A stretch of 64,000 nt of DNA from Octopus sinensis. Its lineage: Eukaryota. Under the pieces are notes generated by a model. It was not told where the DNA came from. It was given only the letters and a program-made list of their open reading frames with translations, and ran no database searches. The stretch lies in contig NC_043017.1 of the NCBI RefSeq assembly GCF_006345805.1, positions 26,040,001 through 26,104,000 on the forward strand, given 5' to 3'. The translations under genes were made by a program, and so were the position numbers. Each line of letters begins with the position of its first letter. Position 1 is the first letter of the stretch. Positions 41,708-55,330 of this stretch are shown here, one piece after another.

Positions 41708-42664
41708 GAGCTCGGGGCGAACCTGGACGTCGACGAGGAGTACCTGACCCGCCTGTTCGGGACGACTTTCGGGCCAGGGCCCATGGACAACTTCCAGAGA
41801 TCCCTGGCCTGGCAGTGCTACCGAGAAGCGCTACCCGTTCGGGATAAGCTCTACAGACACGGCTCGAGAAACACGGGGCCGACCTGCCCGAGATGCGGTC
41901 AGAGCGACGAAACCGTTCTGCACGCACTCGTTCAGTGTCCAAATTTCCGACCTGTGGGCTTATGTCGAACAACTGCTGTCTGGGGACGAGTCGGTTTTCA
42001 GCTGAGTCTATCGTCAATATTGTCACGCCTCCTTCCTTCAAACGGGAAGGAAGAGCTATTTTCATCATCCTTTGGCTATGGCGAAAGAATGTATCTGGTG
42101 GACGCGTCTGAAAGGATTGGAGACAAACACTTTCCTCTCTGGTCAATCCTCATCAACTTCTTCAATACCACTTGAAAAGGAAGTGAGAGTAGAGAGGCAA
42201 GTTTTGTTCTAGCGAATGTTTAAAAAAAGATGGGTGAATGTAGCAAGAATGGCACGTATGAATGACGAAGCCACCTTGAGCATAGTCCTATGAACCCAGA
42301 AATCGAAAACAGAGAGTTGATATTTGCAAAAAAAAAAAAAAAAAAAGAAATATAAAATGTGACTTCATGACCGAGGTTACCGTGGTCTTTCCGCAGGCTT
42401 TTCTTTCCACGGGTAAACCTCACCGTCCTCCCTTTACACTTCATATGACTTTCTGTGATAACGATCTATGATCATTTTTTTTCCTCTCCCCCCCCCCTTT
42501 TTTTTTTTTTTTTTTTTTAACCCCCTTATTTTTGTCCTCTTTCTCTCCTTTTACGATCCTTTGATGAACCTCCCCTTCCTTTTTTTTTTTTTTTTTTAAA
42601 TACCTTCAAAAGAAAAGCTCTACCTAATTGTTCTATCTGTGCAGCCCTGTGGCTATAAAGAAAC
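41708..42664 (+). mobile_element. 5'-truncated L1/Tx1-clade LINE (zf-RVT region, ORF2 C-terminus and 3' UTR)
   Basis: FQRSLAWQCYREALPVRDKL..CPRCGQSDETVLHALVQCP (CxxC-x7-H-x4-C); frameshifted continuation LAMAKECIWWTRLKG..RWVNVARM; GC-rich relative to flanks. Confidence 0.85.
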
Positions 42665-42803
42665 CTATCTATCATCTATCTATCTATCTATCTACTATCT
42701 ATCTTTCAATCTATCTATTATCTATCATCTATCTATTATCTATCTATCTATCATCTATCTATCTATCTATCTATCTGTCTATCTATCTTTCATCTATCTA
42801 TCT

Positions 42804-42835
<32 letters not shown>

Positions 42836-42836
42836 C
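42665..42836. repeat. Degenerate (TCTA)n array 3' of the Tx1-like LINE
   Basis: Direct reading. Confidence 0.93.
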
Positions 42837-44251
42837 TAGCTATAATATATCGTCTGTCTGTCCTCTGTTTTATATGCGTCTCTCTCTATGCATATATGTA
42901 TATCTGCATACATCAGATATATATATATATATATATATATTTACATATATAAATGCATGTACGGTCGTGTAGTTCTCTCTCACACACACACATATGTGTA
43001 CGTGTGTGTGTGTGTATGTTTGTGTGCGTGCGTGTGTGATGAATATTTTAGCATATAATTATTGGTATCTGTAGCACATAAGCTTTTTCTCGTAGTAAAA
43101 CACACATCGAAATACATACCGTTATACCCCACCAACTGCTGACTGTTAACATCTAGTACATTCTTCTAAGTGAATACAGTTAATTAGATAATACTCGTTT
43201 AAGAGAAACGTATGTTAACGTGTCACGTAGTGTCCAATGGGAAATATGTGAGATACAATTTAGGAAGCATACTTCGATGGCGTGAATACTAATCTTCCTA
43301 AATAATCGAATTGAAAGATATAAATATCCTTTGGAATTTCTCCATTCGTAATACAATAAATAAGCTACTGTATGTGAAAACTAATATTATTTTAGCGATC
43401 CAAGAAATAGGAGAATATTAAATAACTGAACTCTCTTGGGACATCGGAATTGTGATCAAATAACAAGAATTTGTGTACGCAAAGTGCTTGGGTCTCTGCT
43501 AAGAGATTTCAAGTATTTGGTCATTCTGTAAGATACATAATGGCAGAAGTGAATCAAGCTTAGGAGATAATGTGGTCTCTAATACATTGTTAGCCTTTTA
43601 ATTTGGCAAACAAGATGAATATAAGGATTGTACAGCTCATCCCCTTATCTTAATAAATTTTATGCGATGGATCCCTGTCGGTCGGTGATAATGACACAGG
43701 TGTGCCATAAACGGATTTACTAGGTCCTGGATTAAGGTGTAAATGGCTCGGTTTATACAAATACGTTTACGTTTAATAGAAAGCACAAGCGGGATTGTTG
43801 TAGCTCAGTGTGAGACAAGAAAGTAGAACTCTTTCCATTCGCTGATACAGCGACTCTGTTCCATCGATTTTCACTGACATGAGTCATCCTGAAGCTATAT
43901 GAAACGGCATTTGCCTAAAATGTCACGGAGCAGTATCGAACTTCCAACCTCGAGATTGTGAATAGAAGTTCAAAACTGCTCGATATATGTGATTCCTGAC
44001 CTTATGCACCAATAAGCATCTCAAAAGTAATCTAAATAAGTCCCCTTAGACAATACTCCCGCAATTACTTGGAGTCATCGGATAATTTAACTTGATCCAG
44101 TTTTCACAATTCATTTCGTGGTAGGGTCACTCATTTAAGGCTGAGTAGACCATAGTAGCGTGAAACAATGCAATCTAAATATAGAAAAATATTTAATGTG
44201 TTTATATGCAATTTATGAGTTATAGCTCTCTTAATAAGATCAGCACATGTA

Positions 44252-44266
44252 ATGTTGTTGTTGTTA

Positions 44267-44334
<68 letters not shown>

Positions 44335-44527
44335 CATTATTATTATTGAGTAAAAGAGCAGTGCATGCCATCAAAGTAACACGGGTAAAATATACAATCC
44401 CAGCACACCCGTCACGGCTACCCCTTTGATAAGGGTAAACCAGGAACATGCATTACAACCATATGTACGTGACATGATGATCTCATCTCAAGGTAAACGG
44501 CGTATGACCTTGCAGGTGGGACTCAGT
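44252..44527 (-). mobile_element. Repeat E, truncated copy, with (AAT)n tail
   Basis: Matches 37876-38052. Confidence 0.65.
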
Positions 44528-44717
44528 GATACTGGGAGTAGATGTAAAAGGAGTCAAGAACATTTTGGTAAGATATGAAATATTTTCTGTACCTAAAATA
44601 TTTCTTGACGGATAAAGTACAGAGAAACATTATTAAAAATGTGGAAATTTGATAGTAAGGATGGTATAAAGCACCCCACCCCCACTCACATACACACAAA
44701 TGTGTATGTAAGTATTA

Positions 44718-45731
44718 TTTGTATCAATCTATAAAACTATTTATTTATATCTATGTATGCACGTATTCTAAACAAACGCGAATTTAAAATATGTAAACAA
44801 AATTCCAATCATCCACATGTAGTCTTAAAACTATTGGTAACAGCGTATCAAATGGGATTTTCATGTTGTCGGCCAATGAAAAATATTTAATTCGCACTCA
44901 GTGTATTACAACGTAGCAGTGGCCAGTGTTAGGTAATAAATACAAAATTGAAATTAAATATTCACTTAACAATAAACAAATAAATAAATAAAATATAAAA
45001 ATGGATATGAAATAAATCAGAAAAGTTGGGAGATATATTTATATAGTAATGTTTGTTTATTGTTAAGTGAATATTTAATTTCAGTTTTGTATTTATTATC
45101 TAGCACTGGCCATTGCTACGTTGTAATACACTGAGTGTGAATTGAATATTTTTCATTGGCCGACCACATGGAAATCCCATTTGATACGCTTTTACCAATA
45201 GTTTTAAGACTACATGTGGATGATTGGAATTTTGTTTACATATTTTAAATTCGCGTTTGTTTAGAATACGTGCATACATACTCTCTCTCTCTCTCTCTCT
45301 CTCTCTTACTCTTTTAATTGTTTCAGTCATTTGACTGCGGCCATGCTGGAGCACCGCCTTTAATCGAGCAACTCGACCCCAGGGCTTATTCTTTTGTAAG
45401 CCCAGTACTTATTATATCGGTCTCTTTTGCCGAACCGCTAAGTGACGGGGACGTAAACACACCAGCATCGTTTGTCAAGCAATGCTAGGGGGACAAACAC
45501 AGACACACACACACATATATATATATATACATATATACGACGGGCTTCTTTCAGTTTCCATCTACCAAATCCACTCACAAGGCTTTGGTCGGCCCGAGGC
45601 TATAGTAGAAGGCACTTGCCCAAGGTGCCACGCAGTGGGACTGAACCCGGAACCATGTGGTTGGTAAACAAGCTACTTACTACACAGCCACTCCATAGAT
45701 ATAAACAAACAGTTTTATAGATTGATACAAA
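44718..45731. mobile_element. Long foldback/MITE (arms of about 263 bp, 71-bp spacer); right arm interrupted by SINE-A
   Basis: 44718-44980 is the reverse complement of 45052-45284 plus 45695-45731; TTA flanks both ends (44715-44717, 45732-45734). Confidence 0.85.
45285..45694 (-). mobile_element. SINE-A nested in the foldback arm
   Basis: Colinear with 51591-51994; the arm sequence resumes after it. Confidence 0.9.
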
Positions 45732-47105
45732 TTACGGAAGGGAGAAACTAGGTAAGCAATCTGAAATAATAGTCGAATAAAAATATAGCAAACTAGTAAT
45801 GAAAATAGAAGGAATGTGGTAGGTGATAAGTACCGGCTTTAATTTAAATCAAAATAACTCTACAAGGAATGAGAAACATTACGTTGAACCTAATACCGTA
45901 TGAGATAAGGTGGTATATTATGGTTTAATCCTGTATTCGGATTAGATGTGACATCCAAAATGGATAGTGAAGTCTTCTTTGCATTAGATTGATACTTTCG
46001 TGATTCTAGTAGGTATTAATATGATTTTGTACAGTGAGTAAAAACACTGATATAATCTTACACTAAAAATCGAGAATTCCAATAGTTGGTAAGTATTTAA
46101 GTACGTATGTATGTAGGCATGTATGTATATCAGTATGTATATAGGTATGTACATGTGTTAGTATGTGTGTGTATGTATGTATGCGTGTTTGTATGTGTGT
46201 GTGTATGTATGCGTGTATGTTCACTGTGCAGTTATGTGTGTGCATAAGTAGGGTGTGTTCAGAGCTAGGAGATAGTCGTAGAAGTAAACATAGAAAAGAC
46301 TGTGTGAATGTATGTACATATATTGGAATTTGCATATACATATACGTCCGTATCGGACCCTGTGTGTGTATGTGAATGTACGTATATTTTTATATGAATA
46401 TTTCTCTGTGAATGGACATTAGTATGTATAACCGTGTAAAAACGAACAAATCTTTTTATGTAAGATAACAATCACATCGACTGTGAAAAGGCTTCCTTCG
46501 GAACAAAAATAAAAGAAATCACGAGTATTTTTCAGAGTGAACTGACAGTCAGCAAATACCATGCTGTGAGTGATGAAAAGGGGTCATTTGAAGGAAAGCA
46601 GTTACAGACAATGAACATAAAAGATATTTTTGTCCATATCCTATGACGAAGAAGAGACAAGTTTCCAATAAAATGAAAAGATAAAATGTAAGAAAGATAA
46701 AATGTCATTAAAAGATAGTTTTTAGCTATAGATTTCCACATTTCTTGGTTTTCTTTTATCGTTTCCATTAACGGATTTGATCTGTTTGTTTTGAATTTTG
46801 GATTTCTATTTTTTACTGCCACTATATACATAGGTTTTGGTATGCATAAATTGTGCCGCGTTGAATCTATGACCTACTTGGTAAGTAATGAAAGCTAATT
46901 ATGCACAGGCATGTAGAAGAGAGGAAAACTGAACGTAGCTAAGGAGATGCTGACACATAGATGCTGCTGTTGGATAATATTTATTTGTAGTAATTTACAT
47001 CATAATTTCTTTAATGATATTACATTGAAAGCTCTGTACAGAAACAAATATTGTAATTTGTAATTTAATTTAATCCTGTTTATTCTCATATATATCTATA
47101 TATAT

Positions 47106-47144
<39 letters not shown>

Positions 47145-47192
47145 AGATCGTTAGCCATTACACACATTTTTCTCTCCTTGTTTTTTGTGTCC

Positions 47193-47227
47193 CTTTCTTA
47201 GAAGAGCGTAGGCTCGAAACGTAAAAT
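47193..47227 (+). ncRNA. Minimal hammerhead-like motif (H1 family) in element 47142-47312
   Basis: CTTT-CTTAGA-A-GAGC GTAG GCTC-GAAA-CGTA-AAAT; core one nt short. Confidence 0.5.
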
Positions 47228-47326
47228 ACTTTTTCTATTCCTGAGCATTATACTAATACATATGTTTCTTTTGTATACCACCTGTCTTCGTCTTTTGTTT
47301 TTTTCGTAAATCCTCTCTCTCTCCTC

Positions 47327-47366
<40 letters not shown>

Positions 47367-47880
47367 TGATAGAAATAGTAAGACAACAAAAGAATGGGCT
47401 TCCGCCCCGACATCCGTAACTCGGTGTTTTATTAGGGCTACCGAATAATTTTCGCATATTATATTTACACACACACACACACACACACACATATCATATA
47501 TATATCAGAGGAGATGCCAGTTCATCAGCGTTACTGGGGTTCATGTCACAGATTTCTCTTAAGTCACGTGCTTTCTCTAAGAATTTGAAATTTTTTTCCG
47601 AAATATTTCTAGCCACAAAATGCTTTCTTTTTTAATATCTAGCACTATGTCTTTCTCTATTTCTAATTTAAGTGTAAAATCAAGGCAATCCTGCAAGACA
47701 AAACTGATCTTTACACATAGACGCACAGTAATCAAATCACAGTAATCAAATAACGACAGCAGAGTGCACATCAAACATCAGAGACCTGACTGCCGCCTGT
47801 ACTCCTGGCAAGAGATGCCAGTGAGTCTCATACACCGACCAGTGTATTAGTACAAGTTGCTACATATTTTTTCGTTCCAT

Positions 47881-48266
47881 GGGATTGGAAGCACTCCGTC
47901 AGTTACGACGACGAGGGTTCCGGTTGATCCGATCAACGGAACAGTCTGCTCGTGAAATGAACGTGTAAGTGGCTGAGCACTCCACAAACACGTGTACCCT
48001 TAACGCAGTTCTCGGGGATATTCAGACTGACTACAGAGAGTGACAAGGCCGGTCCTTTGAAATACAGGTACAACAGAAACAGGAAGTAAGAGTGAGAGAA
48101 AGAGTGGTGAAAGAGTACAACAGGGATCACCACCATCCCTGCCGGAGCCTCGTGGAGCTTTTAGGTGTTTTCGCTCAATAAACATTCACAACGCCCGCTC
48201 TGAGAATCGAAACCGCGATCCTATGACCGCGAGTCCGCTGCCTAACCACTGGGCCATTGCGCCTAC
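47881..48266 (-). mobile_element. SINE-C, full length, 11-bp TSD
   Basis: TSD tttcgttccat at 47870-47880 and 48267-48277. Confidence 0.92.
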
Positions 48267-48669
48267 TTTCGTTCCATTAAGAATATTGTAGAACTGGAAC
48301 TTCTCACAGATTGGAATGTAGATCTTAATCTCTATAGAAATTTATTGTTTGAAGAAAATATTGAACTTGGATTAGCTTAATTTTCAGAATTATGGTTAAC
48401 AACTGAGCATTGTCAATTTAATTAAAAAATTCCATATGTGGCTGAAGAGTGCTCTACATTTTATAACTGATGTAAACCTTACATTGTTTAATTAAATGAA
48501 GTAGCATGAAACGTTTGTACTACATTACCTTTGGATATCCTTGTTGCTTATTTTGACTATAATCACTCCATTTGATTTATATGGATAATACCATACCAAA
48601 TTCTGGTGCCTTTAACTTAAGTACCATATTCATCTGAATCTAAATTTTTGCTGAACATACATACATATA

Positions 48670-48701
<32 letters not shown>

Positions 48702-49004
48702 AAGTGTGAGTGTATCTGCATGTACATATACATATTCGAGTGGGTGTTTGCTAATGTAAATCTACATATATATAAAATATAGCATGAACGTGTCTGATAG
48801 AATTTTACGGTCATTCATTTCAATTTAACATTGTACTATCCCTACGACGTATGATCTGTCAAATTTTAGCAGCTGTTTTTATTTTTCCTTTAGCAAAAAT
48901 TCATTCTGCCAAAGAACGTTCAGTTCCAAGCAAGAATGATTCCGGTTTCAAACGCATCGTGTCAACAATTCATTTGTATGCCTGAATATTAAGAGATCCC
49001 CCAA

Positions 49005-49073
<69 letters not shown>

Positions 49074-49330
49074 TATATATAAAAATATATATATATATAT
49101 ATATATAATAAATATATATATATATTATATATTATATATATATATATATATATAATATATATATATATATCTGTGTATACGTATATATATTTATATAATA
49201 AATATATATATATATAAATATTATATATATATATATATATATATAACACGCACACACACGCAAACACACCACATATGTATATAAAAAGTGGTATGTAGTT
49301 ATGCGTGTATATATATATATATATTTACAT
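49005..49330. repeat. (TA)n-rich microsatellite
   Basis: Direct reading. Confidence 0.9.
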
Positions 49331-49380
49331 ATGCATGTATCCATCCATATTTCAACATGTGTATATATAAATATAGATAG

Positions 49381-49822
49381 GGGCAAGAACGGGAGTGTGG
49401 TAAGTAGTTTGCTTACCAACCACATGGTTTTGGGTTCAGTCCCACTGCGTGGCAGCTAAGGCAAGTGTCTTCTACTATAGCCTCGGGCAGACAAAAGACT
49501 TGTGAGTGTATTTGGTAGACGGAATCAGAAAGAAGCCCGTAGTATATATGTATATGTATATATCTATATCCATATATATATATGTGTGTGTGTCTGTGTG
49601 TGCGTGTATGTATGTATGTATGTTTGTGTGTCTATCTTGGTCCGCCAATATCGTTTGACAACCGATGCTGGTGTGTTTATGTCCACGTATCTAGCAGTTC
49701 GGCAAAAGAGACCGATAGTATAAGTACTAATTACTAGGCTTACAAAGAATAAGTCCTGGTTTCGATTTGCGCGACTAAAGGTTGTGCTCCAGCATGGCCA
49801 CAGTCAAATGACTGAAACATAG
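49381..49822 (+). mobile_element. SINE-A
   Basis: Colinear with other copies. Confidence 0.85.
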
Positions 49823-50106
49823 TAGAATATCAGAATACGTATAGAATTAAAAAAAATACAAATATATTCATTCATGTATGTATATATATATACACACACT
49901 CATAGATACATATATAAACATAAATATAAATATATACATTCATGCGTACATATAAAAAGCATATATATATGCATATATGCACACACACACAAACACACAC
50001 ATATATATATATATGTATAAATGTTGGTAAAAACGGGAAGATAACAAATAAGAGGCCTCACATATTTCAACTGTGTATATATTATATTTACATATTTACA
50101 GATGTA

Positions 50107-50181
<75 letters not shown>

Positions 50182-50896
50182 ATATATATATTTACACACA
50201 AAATATCGGTTTGTAATTTATATGTGTATTGGATAATTTCGTTGTCTTGATTTGTTAAATTGGAAATAATTTTTCATGTTATTCGATATAAACTTTAACA
50301 TATTTAATGTACTGCAGTAATTTTCTCTTCTTTTTTTCCCCTCCTTTGAGGTTAAATTCCATTCGACGTCGGTCACACGTGAACATAAGTAACTTATAGA
50401 TGCAACCAAGAGAATATTGCCATTGAAAGTCAAAAATATTGATCAATATTGATATAGAAATTCACAGTAAGAAAACACTGGAAACATTGGACTACTTTGT
50501 AATACTATATGTTCCCTTGGTTAAGAACATGTTTATAATATAGAAAATATTAGTCTCTTGTTCTTTGCTAGTCGACGTTCCAAACTTCCGTTTTCTGGAG
50601 ACATAGTTTACAAGACTTTTTAGCATTAACAGAATATGTCTCGGAATTATAGTATATTATATTGTGTATATTAGTTTTTCGTTAACACATGTGGAGAAGT
50701 GGAAGAGTCGTTAAAACTTTGGACCGATTACTTAGCGGTATTATTCACACCTACTAACGTTCTGAATTCAAATTTCATCGATGTCAACATTATCTTTCTT
50801 CGTTTCAGGTCTATAAGATATATAGCATTCACGTAGAAGTAATCGATTGATTCCTCCCAACCTCTAAACAAATTACTCGCCACATTTGAAATTTGA

Positions 50897-51061
50897 TGGC
50901 TGTGTGGTAAGTAGCTTGTTTACCAACGACATGGTTCCCGGTTCAGTCCCACTGCGTGGTACCTTGGGCAAGTGTCTTCTACTATAGCCTCGGGCGGACC
51001 AAAATCTTATGAGTGGATTTGGTAGACGGAAGCTGAAAGAAGCCCGTCGTATATATATGTG

Positions 51062-51106
<45 letters not shown>

Positions 51107-51336
51107 GCATGTGTGTGTTTGTGTGTCTGTGTTTGTCCCCCTAGCATTGCCTGACAACCGATGCTGGTGTGTTTATGTCCCCGTTACTTAGCGGTTCGGC
51201 AAAAGACACCGATAGAATAAGTAGTCGGCTTACAAAAGAATAAGTCCCGGGGCCGAGTTGCTCGATCAAAGGCGGTGCTCCAGCATGGTCGCAGTCAAAT
51301 GACTGAAACAAGTAAAAGAGTAAAAATGAGTAAGAG
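50897..51336 (+). mobile_element. SINE-A
   Basis: Colinear with other copies. Confidence 0.9.
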
Positions 51337-51590
51337 TTAAAGGCAGACAGCTTGTAGAACCGTTTGCGAATCGCACGAAATGCTTATTATTTGATTCGCG
51401 TTTTTATATTCAACGTTCAGATTTCACCCAGGCCGTATTTTATCGCTTCGGGGTCTATAAAATCTATAAAATCTGTACGAGTTGAATACTAGTTCACAAA
51501 GAAATCGACTTTCACTCGGCCATAAAGTTGATCAATATTGATACAGAAGTTTTCTGGTTTTTTTTTCTTTTTTCACAAATTTGAGACTAT

Positions 51591-51994
51591 AGGCGCAGGA
51601 GTGGCTGTGTGGTAAGTAGCTTGCTTACCAACCACATGGTTCCGGGTTCAGCCCCACTGCATGGCATCTTGGGCAAGTGTCTTCTGCTATATCCCCGGGC
51701 CGACCAATGCCTTGTGAGTGGATTTGGTAGACGGAAACTGAAAGAAGCCTGTCGTATATATGTATATATATATATGTGTGTGTGTGTGTTTGTGTGTCTG
51801 TGTTTGTACCCCTAGCATTGCTTGACAACCGATGCTGATGTGTTTACGTCGCCGCCACTTAGCGGTTCGGCAAAAGAGACCCATAGAATAAGTACTGGGC
51901 TTGCAAAGAATAAGTCCCGGGGTCGAGTTGCTCGATTAAAGGCGTTGCTCCAGCATGGCCGCGGTCAAATGACAGAAACAAGTAACAGAGTAAA
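51591..51994 (+). mobile_element. SINE-A, full-length reference copy, 7-bp TSD
   Basis: A box TGGCTGTGTGG, B box GGTTCAGCCCC, CORE-like cttgggcaagtg; TSD agactat at 51584-51590 and 51995-52001. Confidence 0.93.
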
Positions 51995-52017
51995 AGACTA
52001 TTACTTCCTCCATAATA

Positions 52018-52202
52018 TTATTGATGTGCACGAGGAATGTTTGGAGGATCTTGGGAACAGGAAGTTCGCAAGCGGTCCCCAGCTGCAAGTATATCCTTGT
52101 TGGGAGAACGTCTTGTTTGTCGTGGATTTTCCACAAACGCAGGGACGGGACAGGTTGAAGCGGCAGGTCGTCGGATCAGACGCTTCTGTTCTCCAGACGT
52201 CT
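52018..52202 (-). mobile_element. Possible inverted LINE RT fragment
   Basis: GC-rich; LPVPKILQTFLVHINNIMEE loosely resembles the RT LSP.LF...I..IM region. Confidence 0.3.
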
Positions 52203-52530
52203 CTACATAAATTTGCCATACAGGCAGGACACTTCCACAACGGGAAATTTGCCATATAGGCAGTACACAGATGGGATGAACAAGGAAAAACACAAAGGGT
52301 GAAGAAGCTGCTTTTAGTTAAAAATTAATGTTCGTATCAATAATGTGATTACAGATGTAATTAAAAAAAATTATTTGCATAAATATTGTTGCAAAAATCA
52401 ACAATATGCCACGGAAGGAAATGCATTCAGTCATCTGGGTATAATCATTGCTTTCTACCACTGACCCCGCTTACCAGGTTCCGATCACTCTCAACTTGTT
52501 TGCTACAAACTTGCATATTTTTACAAACGT
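52203..52530. repeat. 328-bp direct repeat, copy 1 (copy 2 at 56419-56746)
   Basis: ctacataaatttgccatacaggcag...ttttacaaa.gt colinear with few substitutions. Confidence 0.93.
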
Positions 52531-53046
52531 CTCTTAGACGGGTGCGGCCCTGATACCGCCTTCGATGGCCCTACCAGAAACCGAAGTCTCCGTCGGCATA
52601 GCTCTGACACTCCCGTTTCACCCCCTTACCACGATGAGGAGGGGTTGGACTTTAGGTTGGACTATATTATTGTCAATGGTGATGTTCGTGAAGAGTTTCA
52701 AATACCTTGGCGCCTTCAATACAGCCACAGGTCAAGTGAGGCTGACATTAAAACACAAATCGACATCGCTCGCCAAGTCTTCAACCGACTCAATGCACGA
52801 TTCTCTTGTCAAGATCTGAGATCCGACGCACCACCAAAGTACGGGTCTACCAAGCACTAGTGCGAACGATTCTCCTTTACTGCAGCTAGTCGTGGCCGAT
52901 GAGGGTGGAATATATCAAGCGACTAGAATCTTTCGATCACCTCTGTCTACGCCGCATCCTTCGTGTCCGATGGCATCACTTTGTCTCCAACAATTCGGTG
53001 TGACACCAGTGCAAAATCACCTCCCTCCGACAAGTCATCCCAACGA
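52531..53046 (+). mobile_element. RTE-clade LINE ORF2 fragment (RT C-terminal part)
   Basis: IIVNG..VKSFKYLG..EADIKTQIDIARQVFNRL..TKVRVYQALVRTILLY..KRLESFDHLCLRRILRVRW..VSN. Confidence 0.87.
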
Positions 53047-53049
53047 GAC

Positions 53050-53573
53050 ATCTGTGTTAAATTCGGTGGAGTTTGAACTCAGAACGTAAAAACAGAAGAG
53101 ATATCGCTAAGCATTTCGCTCGGCGTGCTAAAACTTCTATTCCTTTACTACCCACAAGGGGCTAAGCACAGAGAGGACAAAGAAGGACCGACAAACGGAT
53201 TAAATCGATTACATTGACACCAGTGAGTAACTGGTACTTAATTTATGGACCCCGAAAGAATGAAAGGAAAAGTCGACCACGGCGGAATTTGAACTCAGAA
53301 CGTAACGGCAGACGAAATACCTATTTCTTTATTACCCACAAAGGGCTAAACATAGAGGGGACAAACAAGAACAGACAGACGGATTAAGTCGATTATATCG
53401 ACCCCAGTGCGTAACTGGTATTTATTTAATCGACCCCGAAAGGATGAAAGGTAAAGTCGACCTCGGCGGAATTTGAACTCAGAACGTAACGGCAGACGAA
53501 ATACCGCTGAGCGTTTCACCCGGCGTGCTAACTCTTCTGCCAGCTCACCGCCTTAATGTAGGTAAGTATATGC
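53050..53573 (-). mobile_element. SINE-B multimer
   Basis: Two units of about 175 bp plus head; a further head at 53050-53135. Confidence 0.88.
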
Positions 53574-54542
53574 GAGATGACCGGAGAGAACACAGAATGA
53601 GTTTATTGAAAAATCGAGGGAGAATTCGAAGGGAGGAGTTCGGAATGTAACTAGATGAATTAGAAATACGTTTTATTTAGACATTATCGGTTTGCCTTTT
53701 TAGGAAAATTGGTTTTTAGAGAAAACTTAATTTACAAAATTTCAGAGTAAACTAATTTCATTTCCAACTTATGTTATATCTACCTTAAAACCAATAAAAT
53801 CATCTAAATTCTTTTAAGTATTGCATGAAAGAACTCCATGAAAAATATGAGAAACATTATCTAGTTCTAAGTGCCATTAAATATCTTCTGTTTGATCATA
53901 TTTAGCATACTAAAATATAAGCTCCATTTATTAATGATGAAATAAATTATTTGAGAAAATTCTTAAAATTAATGCTTAAATATTACCTAGAAAAAAGTGA
54001 AAATTTTTATTCGTAAATCGTTTAGAATGTACTTAATAAAAATCAAAAAAACCCTCCGTCTAAAACACTGATGCATGACATGAATTGTTATATAAATATA
54101 GCACGCTAATATAGGAGTTTTGTTTAATAAACTCACCGTCATTCTGCATCTTACCTGATTGAAGGAGTTCCTCATCCAATTGACTAAATAAATGAAATTT
54201 TATCACACATAAATGAACTGAAATTATGATGATGTTATGATTTTGTGATATGAATTATCGCCGTGAAGAAATTACTGGTTATGAAAAGAAGCGGATAACT
54301 CCAGCCACTGGCTAGAATTAATACAGCGCTAAGCGTAATAGTAGTAATATATTTGTATACATATGAATACATACACACATGCATGTATACATACAAACAG
54401 ACACACACATACATACAGACACGAAGGTTTCAGAACAGTTGATGAGTATAAATGCAGGACAATCTCATTCCTGGAGTCAACCGATTGATAATGATAACAA
54501 CAAGGATGATAACGAAAATAACGATTATAATATATATAATAA

Positions 54543-54582
<40 letters not shown>

Positions 54583-54584
54583 GA

Positions 54585-54748
54585 CGTGATTCTTTCAGCT
54601 CCTGTCTACCATATCCACTCACAAGGATTTGGTCAGCCCGAGGCTATAGCCAAAGGAACCTACGCAAGGTGCCACGCACCAGTAGGATTGAACCCGGGAC
54701 TATGTGTTTGGTAAGCAGGCTACTTAACACACAGCCACTCCTGCGCCC
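54585..54748 (-). mobile_element. SINE-A 5' half
   Basis: cacacagccactcctgcgcc at the right end. Confidence 0.8.

Positions 54749-55330
<582 letters not shown>

Noticed and set aside
50439-51550. Direct repeat of about 23 bp (ttgatcaatattgata.agaa.tt) 1.1 kb apart
   Set aside because: AT-rich and short; does not coincide with clear element boundaries
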